Below, piece by piece: positions 1 through 8,554 of a stretch of DNA of 64,000 bases. Where the stretch lies: the NCBI GenBank assembly GCA_001804865.1, contig MHBK01000048.1, positions 4,843 through 68,842 of the forward strand, written 5' to 3'. Origin of the DNA: Lentisphaerae bacterium GWF2_57_35 (GTDB taxonomy: Bacteria; Verrucomicrobiota; Kiritimatiellia; CAIQIC01; GWF2-57-35). Every line of letters starts with the position of its first letter. Position 1 is the stretch's first letter. The position numbers were made by a program, and so were the translations under genes. The notes under the pieces are model-generated. The model saw only the letters and a list, made by a program, of their open reading frames with translations, searched no databases and was not told the DNA's origin.

Positions 1-813
1 GTAGATCGATCTGTTCTATTGGCTTTGGATGGAGTGTATCAGCGGAATGGCGCTTTTAGCCGGGATCACACAAGAATTGTTGTCAGCAACGATTATGTGG
101 TGAACTATGCCGCGCAGCATGACAAGTTGCTCTTTGGCGCCAGCATTCATCCATACCGCCGGGATGCCTTGGATGAACTGGATCGGGTGGCTCAAATGGG
201 CGCCTGTTTGCTCAAGTGGATACCCTCCGCACAAAATATCACGCTGGACGATCCGGCTTGCTACGCGTTTTATGAACGGTTGGCTTCTTGGAAGATGCCT
301 CTTCTGGTTCATACGGGAGTCGAACATAGCTTGCCGACTTTCCAGCACAATTTGAACGATCCTCGCCGTTTGCAGCCTGCATTGGAACGAGGGGTTACTG
401 TTATTGGCGCTCATTGTGGAACGCGAATATTCCTTCATGAAAAATCGTACTACTCGCAATGGAAAAGCATGGCGCTTCAGTATCCAAATTTTTATGGCGA
501 TCTAAGCGCATTCGTTTCTCCTCTTCATATAAACCCCTTGCAGGAGATTTTAGATTCTTCCACTTTGCGATGCAAAATTGTCTTTGGTTCTGATTTTCCA
601 GTGTATTTGATGCCGATATGGTTCGTGTCCAAATTGGGGATAAAGCGCGTTAACGAACTGGGAAAGCTGGAAAATCCTTTTGAAAGAAGCTATTCGACCA
701 TGAAAGCGTTGGGTGTGCCGGACGAAGTATTCGCGCGGGCAGAAAACCTGTTGCGACTCCCACGCGTTGCAGCGAGTCCTGTTGTAAAACGGGCTGAGGA
801 GAGGGCTACATGA
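1..813 (+). CDS. Amidohydrolase_2-like metal-dependent hydrolase, 5' end cut by window edge
   Basis: The frame is open from base 1, with no in-frame stop before the track's TTG at 19. Motifs typical of TIM-barrel amidohydrolases: 'GASIHPYR', 'LLKWIPSAQNI', 'PLLVHTGVEHS', 'VIGAHCG', 'VFGSDFP'. The N-terminal HxH metal motif is absent, consistent with truncation. The stop overlaps the next start (ATGA at 810-813). Confidence 0.6.
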   Translation, partial: VDRSVLLALDGVYQRNGAFSRDHTRIVVSNDYVVNYAAQHDKLLFGASIHPYRRDALDELDRVAQMGACLLKWIPSAQNITLDDPACYAFYERLASWKMPLLVHTGVEHSLPTFQHNLNDPRRLQPALERGVTVIGAHCGTRIFLHEKSYYSQWKSMALQYPNFYGDLSAFVSPLHINPLQEILDSSTLRCKIVFGSDFPVYLMPIWFVSKLGIKRVNELGKLENPFERSYSTMKALGVPDEVFARAENLLRLPRVAASPVVKRAEERAT

Positions 814-1952
814 ACGTCCAAGCCTGGCATCTCCCCTGGGGGAAACGATCGGTTCCGCATGCGGTCTTGGATATTATCCGTGGTTGCAATATCACCTGCA
901 ATGCTTGCTATAATCTGTCTCCGCCTTGCACAAAGAGCCTGGTGCAAATTGAGCAGGATCTGGATTGCCTGATGAAGCGTCGCCAGTTGACTTCTTTGTC
1001 GATTGTCGGAGGCGAACCTCTTTTGCATCCCAACCTCTGCGAGATTATCCGGCGCGTAAAAGCTCGTGGTCTTCATGTAGAGCTATGCACCAATGGGGTG
1101 CTGCTTGATAGCCGGAAGCTTCATGAACTCCAAGCGGCCGGCTTGGATGTGGTTTTTCTTCACATCGAGAGGGGGCAGCAACGATCTGATATGCCAACCC
1201 ATCCAACGAGAGAACAATTATGTGCTCTTTGGGAAGAGAAGACGATTCTGGTTGGAAGTCATGGCCTGGATGTCGGTCTTACGATGACGGCTTCCAGCGA
1301 TCGTTTGGGTGAGGTGAAAGATATCATTCTGTTCACTTTGCAGTCTCCTCACGTCAATTATCTGCTGGTTACCCTTCACCGGGACGTAGGGAGCATTGAT
1401 TTCATCATGGGAGATCTTGATTCCGGCATGCAGGGGCGTCATCAAAAGCCACTTGAACAAAGAGAAGATACGCTGAATACCCAGATCATCTGGGATTATT
1501 TATCTGCAGATTTGAAGTTGAGACCTTTTGCTTATCTCGGATCCAATGTAAGCCTGGAGAATGTTCGTTGGCTTTCATATTTGGTAGGGAGCGTTACGGC
1601 TGGGCAGACAGCCTATCACTCATTGAGGGCCAGCTCTTTTGAGAAGCTGTTTCTGTTCATGAGTTGGATCTTCGGTGGACGTTATCCCATGTATCGCAAG
1701 CAAAGCAGCGTCGCGCTGTTGATTGAATTGTTGCTGAATGGGTTGACCGGCGGCGACTTGGCTGGAAATTTGAGTTTCTTCATGAAGGCGATAAAAGCGA
1801 GGAAATCGACTCGGACCAAGAGGCTGTTGTTTCAATGCCCGGCGGAAGTTGGATCGGATGGACGAATCATTCATTGCATGAACTGTCCCGATGCTGTGGT
1901 TCGAAAGGGGAAGTTGGTTCCTGTTTGTATTTCCGATCGGGTGAGATCCTAA
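810..1952 (+). CDS. Radical SAM enzyme (non-B12 type) with a C-terminal Cys-rich tail
   Basis: Canonical CX3CX2C motif near the N-terminus ('IIRGCNITCNACYN'), followed by 'SIVGGEPLLHP' and 'ELCTNG' as in MoaA/NirJ-like radical SAM cores. The C-terminal 'CPAEVGSDGRIIHCMNCPDAVVRKGKLVPVC' offers four extra Cys, a possible auxiliary cluster. ATGA overlap with the upstream gene. Confidence 0.75.
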   Translation: MNVQAWHLPWGKRSVPHAVLDIIRGCNITCNACYNLSPPCTKSLVQIEQDLDCLMKRRQLTSLSIVGGEPLLHPNLCEIIRRVKARGLHVELCTNGVLLDSRKLHELQAAGLDVVFLHIERGQQRSDMPTHPTREQLCALWEEKTILVGSHGLDVGLTMTASSDRLGEVKDIILFTLQSPHVNYLLVTLHRDVGSIDFIMGDLDSGMQGRHQKPLEQREDTLNTQIIWDYLSADLKLRPFAYLGSNVSLENVRWLSYLVGSVTAGQTAYHSLRASSFEKLFLFMSWIFGGRYPMYRKQSSVALLIELLLNGLTGGDLAGNLSFFMKAIKARKSTRTKRLLFQCPAEVGSDGRIIHCMNCPDAVVRKGKLVPVCISDRVRS

Positions 1953-1968
1953 ACCTGTGAACTTGAAG

Positions 1969-3306
1969 ATGAAAATCACCTTCATACGCCCCAACATGAT
2001 GAACGGAGTGGCAGGCGATGCACTTGAGCCGCTGGTTTTTGCTTTGCTCTCCGGCGTTACGCCCGATGACGTTGAATGTAATCTGTATGATGAACGCATA
2101 GAATCCATCCCATTCGATGAACCGACGGATTTGGTTGCCATGACCGTGGACACCTTTTCCGCCCGGAGGTCTTATCAGATTGCGGGCCATTTCCATCGCA
2201 AGAAAATCCCTGTGGTTATGGGGGGATATCATCCGACGTTGTGCCCTGAAGAAGCGCTGAGCTTTGCCACATCGATTGTGGTGGGCGATGGCGAAGAAGT
2301 TTGGCCCGATGTGGTAGAGGATGCAAAACAAAACGCTTTGAAGCGTGTGTACAAGAGTCCATTCCCGTCATTGGCCGGATTGCGGGTGGATCGGCGCCTG
2401 CTGGCGGGCAAGAAATACCGGCCTCTCAAGCTAGTTCAGTTTGGTCGAGGTTGCCCCCATACCTGTGATTTCTGCTCTATTCATGCCTTTTACGACCGTC
2501 AAACCAGACAGCGGCCGGTATCGGAGGTGGTGGGTGAAATAGAGCATCTCGGGCGAAACTTCATCTTTTTTACCGACGATAATCTGTTTTCAAATCGTGC
2601 AGCAGCAAAAGACCTGATGCGGGCATTGAAATCAATGAACATTCATTGGACATGTCAGGCCAGCCTCGATATAGGAGAGGACCACGACCTTCTGCAACAG
2701 ATGGCTGCCAGTGGATGTATTTCGGTGACAGTGGGCTTTGAGTCCTTGAATCCAGATAATCTCGCCTTGATGAGAAAATCCTGGAACCAGGCGTATGGGC
2801 GGTATGAAGATCTGATAAGTCGGTTCTATGATCATGGAATCATGATCTATGGGACCTTCATTTTTGGCTATGATAACGATACGCCGGATTGCTTTCGTCG
2901 CAGCGTGGAGTTTGCGATAAGATCCCGGTTGTTCCTTGCGAACTTTAATCCGCTGACTCCCACTCCGGGAACGCCGTTGTACGCTCGCCTGCAAAAGGAG
3001 CAAAGGCTTATTCTCGATCCCTGGTGGCTGAGTGCCGATTATCGATATGGAGAGAGCATGTTTTATCCGGCAGGCATGACGGCGGATCAATTGGCAGAGG
3101 GCTGCTACTGGGCTCGTACGGAGTTCAATAAATATGGAAGTATTTTTGCCAGAGCGTTGAATCGGAGTGCGAACATGCGAAGCCTGTATCATGGCGGTAT
3201 ATATTTGGCCGCCAATCTTGTGTCTCGGAAGGAGATTCACAGAAAGCAAGGTGAGCCGTTGGGCGCTCCTGAGCCTCTGGTTCCCCTAATGGATTCAGAG
3301 CCGTGA
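1969..3306 (+). CDS. B12-binding (class B) radical SAM protein, paralogue 1
   Basis: N-terminal Rossmann-like cobalamin-binding-type domain ('MKITFIRPN...DLVAMTVDTFSARRSYQIA...IPVVMGGYHPT'), then the radical SAM motif 'GRGCPHTCDFCSI'. ATG at 1969 preferred over the track's GTG at 1957 because all three paralogues then begin MKIT(F/L)I. Clear paralogy to the next two genes. Confidence 0.8.
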   Translation: MKITFIRPNMMNGVAGDALEPLVFALLSGVTPDDVECNLYDERIESIPFDEPTDLVAMTVDTFSARRSYQIAGHFHRKKIPVVMGGYHPTLCPEEALSFATSIVVGDGEEVWPDVVEDAKQNALKRVYKSPFPSLAGLRVDRRLLAGKKYRPLKLVQFGRGCPHTCDFCSIHAFYDRQTRQRPVSEVVGEIEHLGRNFIFFTDDNLFSNRAAAKDLMRALKSMNIHWTCQASLDIGEDHDLLQQMAASGCISVTVGFESLNPDNLALMRKSWNQAYGRYEDLISRFYDHGIMIYGTFIFGYDNDTPDCFRRSVEFAIRSRLFLANFNPLTPTPGTPLYARLQKEQRLILDPWWLSADYRYGESMFYPAGMTADQLAEGCYWARTEFNKYGSIFARALNRSANMRSLYHGGIYLAANLVSRKEIHRKQGEPLGAPEPLVPLMDSEP

Positions 3307-4637
3307 AAATTACTTTGATAAGACCCAACATAGGAAGGCTGGGGGACGTGCCCTATTTCGATGAGGGGCGGATGGAGCCTTTACAGCTTGGGCTATTGGC
3401 GGCCATGTGTCCTGCGGATTGGGAAGTTCGTCTTGTGGATGATCGTTGCGAACATATTCCCTTTGATGAGCCCACTGATCTTGTCGCCATTACCGTCGAA
3501 GTGTTTACAGCGAGACGCGCCTATGAAATCAGCGAACAATATCGAACGCGCGGGGTCCGGGTTGTTCTTGGCGGATTCCATCCGACGTTGATTCCGGAAG
3601 AAGCCGCTCTTTATGCAGACGCCATTGTGATAGGCGATGCGGAACCCGTTTGGTCTCAAGTTCTCGCCGATGCCAAGGCATGCAATTTGCAGAGCCGGTA
3701 CGACGGCTACACGGGCAAGGTTCAAAACGGGATTCTTCCTCGAAGAGATTTGTATAAAGGGAAGGGGTATCTTCCGATAACACTCATACAATTTAGCCGG
3801 GGTTGTCGATATGCCTGTGAATTCTGCGCCATCAGTGCGTATTTCCAGCAACGTTACACCAGCCGACCGGTCGATGAAGTCGTGCGAGAGATTGAAGCTC
3901 AGGATCGTCAGCTTGTATTCTTTGTGGATGATAACGTAGTGGCAGATCCGGCCATGTCGAAGCAATTGTTTCGCCGACTTATTCCACTTCGGATTAGGTG
4001 GGTAAGCCAGGGAAGCATGGATATGGTTTGGGATTCCGAGTTGATGGATCTGATGTGTGAAAGTGGGTGCCTGGGTAATGTCATTGGATTTGAGTCCATA
4101 ACGCAGGAGTCCCTGACAGGGATGAACAAGGCTCCAAATCTGAAGGGATTTGACCGATATGAAAAAGCCATTCAGATTCTGAAACAGTACGGGCTGCAAA
4201 CATGGGCTGCTTTTACGTTGGGTTGCGATACAGATACGCGCCAAAGCCTCTATGATACTCTCGATTTTGCCGTCCATCACAAATTCACTTTTGCTGCCTT
4301 TAATGTGTTAATGCCTTATTATGGGACTCCTCTTTACAGTAAACTCGCGGCCCAGGGGCGGCTGCTCTTCGACGGAAGATGGTGGCTGCACTCTGGCTAC
4401 CGATTTAATCACGCCGCATTTAAACCAGCGCAAATGTCGCCCGAAGAACTCACCGAGATGGCTTTTGAACTTCGATCTCGCTGGAACAGCGCTTCATCCA
4501 TTCTGAGTCGTTTTTTTGATCTGAAAACCAATATGCGAACCCCTTATCGAATGGCTATTTATTGGATGTACAATCCATTGTTTCGAAAGGAGACTCTGAA
4601 AAAGCAAGGCATGTTTTTGGGGATGGAGCCCGTATGA
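3303..4637 (+). CDS. B12-binding (class B) radical SAM protein, paralogue 2
   Basis: 'MKITLIRPN...DLVAITVEVFTARRAYEIS...VRVVLGGFHPT' followed by 'SRGCRYACEFCAI'. The GTG start overlaps the upstream stop (GTGA at 3303-3306). Confidence 0.8.
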   Translation: MKITLIRPNIGRLGDVPYFDEGRMEPLQLGLLAAMCPADWEVRLVDDRCEHIPFDEPTDLVAITVEVFTARRAYEISEQYRTRGVRVVLGGFHPTLIPEEAALYADAIVIGDAEPVWSQVLADAKACNLQSRYDGYTGKVQNGILPRRDLYKGKGYLPITLIQFSRGCRYACEFCAISAYFQQRYTSRPVDEVVREIEAQDRQLVFFVDDNVVADPAMSKQLFRRLIPLRIRWVSQGSMDMVWDSELMDLMCESGCLGNVIGFESITQESLTGMNKAPNLKGFDRYEKAIQILKQYGLQTWAAFTLGCDTDTRQSLYDTLDFAVHHKFTFAAFNVLMPYYGTPLYSKLAAQGRLLFDGRWWLHSGYRFNHAAFKPAQMSPEELTEMAFELRSRWNSASSILSRFFDLKTNMRTPYRMAIYWMYNPLFRKETLKKQGMFLGMEPV

Positions 4638-5980
4638 AAATTACCTTCATACTTCCCTGCGTAGGAAAGAAAGCCGGTCGAGCATATCCTCGATCATGGC
4701 TGATGGAGCCACTCGCCATTGCGCAACTCGCGGCATTAACCCCGAAGAAATACGATAGGGTGTTTTATGATGATCGCCTTGAGTCGATCCCTTATGATGA
4801 AAAGACGGATTTGGTAGCCATTAGTGTTGAAACCTATACAGCGCGAAGAGCCTACCAAATTGCATCTCATTTCCGAAAAAAGAACATACCGGTAGTCATG
4901 GGTGGGTTTCATGCAACGCTGGCGCCGGATGAGGTGGAGCAGCATGCGGATGTCGTAGTGATGGGCGAGGCTGAGGGCGTCTGGGAATACCTGCTGAGGG
5001 ATTTTGAACAAGGTAATCTTCAAAAGAGATACCAGGCTGAAAAACGTCCGGAGTTGATGTCTATTCTTCCTGATCGATCCATTTACGGCGGACGCCGTTA
5101 TTTGGATTTGGCGCTCGTTGAAACTGGCCGGGGATGTCGTTTCTCTTGCGAGTTCTGTTCCATTGCCGGCTTTTTCAATGGGCGCTATGCGGCGCGTCCC
5201 GTTGATGACGTTGTTCGTGAAATACAAAGATTGAAGACCAAAAGCATCTTTTTTGTCGATGACAACATAGCCGTAGATCGTCAGCGTACGGTCAAACTGC
5301 TTGAAGCCTTGACGTCACTGGGGATTCGTTGGATTGGGCAGGTGAGCATGAGTATTGCCAATGACGACGAACTCTTGGCGTTGTTTTATCGTAGCGGCTG
5401 TCTGGGGCTCTTGATTGGGTTCGAATCTTTTGAAAAAGAGACGTTGGACGCCATGAGGAAACAGGTTAATTGCCACTTTGGCGATTATGATTCTGTTGTT
5501 CAAAACCTGCACAAACACAAGCTGGCCATATATGGCACCTTTGTTTTTGGCTATGACTCGGATACGAATCAGACATTCCAGCGAACCTTGGATTTTGTTG
5601 TGAAAAACAAACTATTTTTTGCCGCCTTTAATCATCTGGTTCCGTTTCCTGGAACACCTCTGTATCAGCGACTGCGGGAGCAGAAACAACTTGTTCAGGA
5701 CGATTGGTGGTTGAGTCCGAGTTACCGGTTTGGCGATGTCGCCCTTAAAACAAAGAATTACTCGGCCCAAGATCTTTCTGATCGATGCCTCCGATTTCGG
5801 AAAGAGTTTTATACGATGAAATCCATTCTTTGGCGAGCGACCAATGTTAAAGCCAACTGCAAAAGCCCATTCATGACGTTGACCTATTTTATGGCGAATT
5901 TGCTTTCGAGGGGCGATGTAGTGGAAAGGCAGGGGCTTCCCCTGGGTTTCGATGATAATCGAAAAGTTGATTCAGAATGA
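4634..5980 (+). CDS. B12-binding (class B) radical SAM protein, paralogue 3
   Basis: 'MKITFILPC...DLVAISVETYTARRAYQIA...IPVVMGGFHAT' followed by 'GRGCRFSCEFCSI'. ATG at 4634 overlaps the upstream stop (ATGA). The track's longer ORF from 4562 would overlap paralogue 2 by 76 nt. Confidence 0.8.
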   Translation: MKITFILPCVGKKAGRAYPRSWLMEPLAIAQLAALTPKKYDRVFYDDRLESIPYDEKTDLVAISVETYTARRAYQIASHFRKKNIPVVMGGFHATLAPDEVEQHADVVVMGEAEGVWEYLLRDFEQGNLQKRYQAEKRPELMSILPDRSIYGGRRYLDLALVETGRGCRFSCEFCSIAGFFNGRYAARPVDDVVREIQRLKTKSIFFVDDNIAVDRQRTVKLLEALTSLGIRWIGQVSMSIANDDELLALFYRSGCLGLLIGFESFEKETLDAMRKQVNCHFGDYDSVVQNLHKHKLAIYGTFVFGYDSDTNQTFQRTLDFVVKNKLFFAAFNHLVPFPGTPLYQRLREQKQLVQDDWWLSPSYRFGDVALKTKNYSAQDLSDRCLRFRKEFYTMKSILWRATNVKANCKSPFMTLTYFMANLLSRGDVVERQGLPLGFDDNRKVDSE

Positions 5981-7077
5981 AATATATTCTGGCAGATCAT
6001 ACGTATGATGCGGCATTGAGAAGGATCATATGCAGCACCTCGATGCCAGGATCTGTACGCATCACTTTTGGTCGGGAGCCCGATTTCTTTTATGGGTTGG
6101 ATGTGCAAGGAAAGCAGAATCAAACCTTGGTCGCATTAGAGGATGGGGTGGTTGTGGGCTTGGGGTGCAGGACCATAAAGCCCGTCTATGTTAATAAGCA
6201 GCGCATAGACCTGGGGTATTTGAACGGATTACGGCTGTTGCCTCATGTTCGACGAAGAATGGCGTTAGCGCGTGGTTATTCTTTTCTCGAAAGGCTCCAT
6301 GCCGACAGATGCGTCCCTGCGTATTTGAGCACGATCGTTGAGGAGAACCATGAAGCGATTTCCTTGTTGACCAGTGGACGAGCCGGTCTTCCAAGGTATG
6401 AGGATTATGGCCAGTATTATACGTATGCCTTGCTTGTTGGAAAGAAACCACGGCGAGTTTCTGGTTGTTGTGACGGGCTTACGATCCTGCCCGGCCATCA
6501 GACTTCAATGAGGGATATTATTGATTTCCTCAACACAACGGGCCGACGTCGGCAATTTTTCCCTGTCTTGGAGGAGTCAGACTTGGGCACGTCGTATTTG
6601 CGTGATTTGCGCCCTGATAATTTCCATGTCGCCATCCAGGGGAATAAGATTGTGGGTGCAGTTGCAAGCTGGGATCAAAATGCTTTTAAGCAGACGATCC
6701 TGAGTGGTTACTCGGGCTGGGCCCGTTTGGTTCAGCCGTTGGCCAGCCGTATATTGTCGCTTGCGGGATGCGGGGCACTTCCCCAACCGGGAACTTGGCT
6801 GAATGTTTGTTATGCCTCATTTCTCTGCGTCGACGGCGATGATTCTCTCATACTTGAACGTTTGGTTGACGCCCTCTGTACAAAGGCTCGTTTCGCAGGC
6901 CATCAGTTTATCCTGCTAGGCTTTCATGAAAATGATCCATTGCGCAACGCGATGCAAAAGTTTCTAACCATTCAGTATAGAAGCCGGGTTTATCTGGTTT
7001 ACTGGGATGATGGCTTGAATTTCTGTCAGACCATCGATAAAAAGCAATGTCCTTATCTTGAGCTTGGAGCGTTGTAA
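5977..7077 (+). CDS. Conserved-looking hypothetical protein, tentatively a tandem GNAT-like acyltransferase fold
   Basis: ATGA overlap with the upstream gene. 366 aa. Segments such as 'VALEDGVVVGLGCRTIKPVYVNKQRIDLGYLNGLRLLPHVRRR' and 'IQGNKIVGAVASWDQNAF' look like GNAT beta-strand cores. I cannot name any catalytic motif with certainty. Confidence 0.4.
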   Translation: MKYILADHTYDAALRRIICSTSMPGSVRITFGREPDFFYGLDVQGKQNQTLVALEDGVVVGLGCRTIKPVYVNKQRIDLGYLNGLRLLPHVRRRMALARGYSFLERLHADRCVPAYLSTIVEENHEAISLLTSGRAGLPRYEDYGQYYTYALLVGKKPRRVSGCCDGLTILPGHQTSMRDIIDFLNTTGRRRQFFPVLEESDLGTSYLRDLRPDNFHVAIQGNKIVGAVASWDQNAFKQTILSGYSGWARLVQPLASRILSLAGCGALPQPGTWLNVCYASFLCVDGDDSLILERLVDALCTKARFAGHQFILLGFHENDPLRNAMQKFLTIQYRSRVYLVYWDDGLNFCQTIDKKQCPYLELGAL

Positions 7078-7081
7078 GGCT

Positions 7082-7810
7082 ATGTCTTTTTTAAATAATC
7101 TGAGAGTCTACTCAAAAATTCTCTTTCCAAGAATCAGTGGGTGCACGCCCGCTGAACGATTGGAGAGCTTTTATTCAGGACAAGCAGAGTTCTTTGATGA
7201 TTTTCGAAAAGGGATGCTTCATGGGCGAGAAGAGCTGATGCGTGCGATCCCTGTGCCGAAAGACGGCATCTGGGTGGACATGGGTGGGGGGACTGGGAAT
7301 AATTTGCATTATCTTGGAGATAAATTAAAGGATTTGAGAAGAATCTATTTAGTAGATCTTTGTGCTTCTCTTCTTTCCGTCGCCCGACAACGAGTCGAGA
7401 AAATGAAGTGGCGAAATGTGGAGATCATCAAGGCCGATATAACTTCATACAAGCCTCCCGAAGAGTATGCCGATGTCGTTACATTCTCGTATTCTTTGAG
7501 CATGGTATCGAATTGGCTTGCTGCTTTGAACAACGCTGAGATCATCCTGCAGCCAGGAGGATTTGTTGGGGTCGTGGACTATTATATTTCTCAGAAACAT
7601 CCTGCGGCAGATAATGAGCGCCATTCATGGGTTTCACGCCAGTTCTGGGCTTATTTCTTCAAGCATTGCGATGTACATCTTTCCCCTGATCAACTGCCTT
7701 ATCTGTGTTCAAATTACGAAAAACAGCATCTTTTTGAAGGGAGAGCCCGCATACCCTACTTCCCTTGGCTCAAACCTCCGTATTTCCGTTTCATTGGGCG
7801 GAAACTATAA
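7082..7810 (+). CDS. Class I SAM-dependent methyltransferase
   Basis: Motif I 'WVDMGGGTGNN', followed by 'IYLVDLCASLL' (acidic motif II region) and 'VVTFSYSLSMV'. ATG at 7082 lies 4 nt after the upstream stop. The track's TTG at 7058 would overlap the upstream gene. Confidence 0.75.
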   Translation: MSFLNNLRVYSKILFPRISGCTPAERLESFYSGQAEFFDDFRKGMLHGREELMRAIPVPKDGIWVDMGGGTGNNLHYLGDKLKDLRRIYLVDLCASLLSVARQRVEKMKWRNVEIIKADITSYKPPEEYADVVTFSYSLSMVSNWLAALNNAEIILQPGGFVGVVDYYISQKHPAADNERHSWVSRQFWAYFFKHCDVHLSPDQLPYLCSNYEKQHLFEGRARIPYFPWLKPPYFRFIGRKL

Positions 7811-7834
7811 ACAGGCAAAGTGGATACTTGATAT

Positions 7835-8554
7835 ATGATAGAACGGTCCATTACGCGAATAGACAAACTGTCTGATGCCGATAAAGAGATGATGTTTCAT
7901 CTCCATCGGAAATATTTCTGCCATGTCGTTCATGAAATATTTCTCAAGGATATGAACGAAAAAGAATGGGCCATTGTCTTGCGGGAAGGGCGGAATATCG
8001 TTGGCTTTTCATCGCTGATGATGCTTCATCATTTACTCGATGGCGAGAAGGTGAGCTTCATATTCAGCGGCGACACCATCGTAGATCAACGATATTGGCA
8101 AACCAGTGCTATTGCCGGAAGCTTTGGACATTACATGCTCCGGATGATTGCTGAACACCGGCATAACCTCTATTGGTTTCTGATTTCAAAAGGCTACAGA
8201 ACCTATCGCTTTCTCCCTGTATTCTTCAACCAATTCTATCCCATCCATAACGCTCCAACCCCAGATGCATATCAACGACTTTTGAATTTGGCCGCTACGT
8301 ATAAATTTGGACATGCCTATGATCCAGAGACGGGGATTATCAAGATGGGCAGAAAAAAAGATTGGCTTAGGCCCGTAATGTGCGAAATTCCTGAATCACG
8401 TCAGAATGATCCTCATGTTGGGTTTTTCTTGCAGAGGAATCCTACCTACAGCCAAGGCGACGAGTTGGCCTGCATTACCCAGGTAGCGGAGTGTAATTTC
8501 AATAAATATGCCTGGAGGGTCATTAGACAGAATCACGTGCGGTGGGATGAATAA
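7835..8554 (+). CDS. Hypothetical protein, tentatively GNAT-like N-acyltransferase / acyl-amino-acid-synthase-like
   Basis: 239 aa. 'WAIVLREGRNIVGFSSLMML...VSFIFSGDTIVDQRYWQ' resembles a GNAT-type core. The assignment is weak. Its stop region overlaps the GH3 start by 8 nt (ATGAATAA). Confidence 0.4.
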   Translation: MIERSITRIDKLSDADKEMMFHLHRKYFCHVVHEIFLKDMNEKEWAIVLREGRNIVGFSSLMMLHHLLDGEKVSFIFSGDTIVDQRYWQTSAIAGSFGHYMLRMIAEHRHNLYWFLISKGYRTYRFLPVFFNQFYPIHNAPTPDAYQRLLNLAATYKFGHAYDPETGIIKMGRKKDWLRPVMCEIPESRQNDPHVGFFLQRNPTYSQGDELACITQVAECNFNKYAWRVIRQNHVRWDE

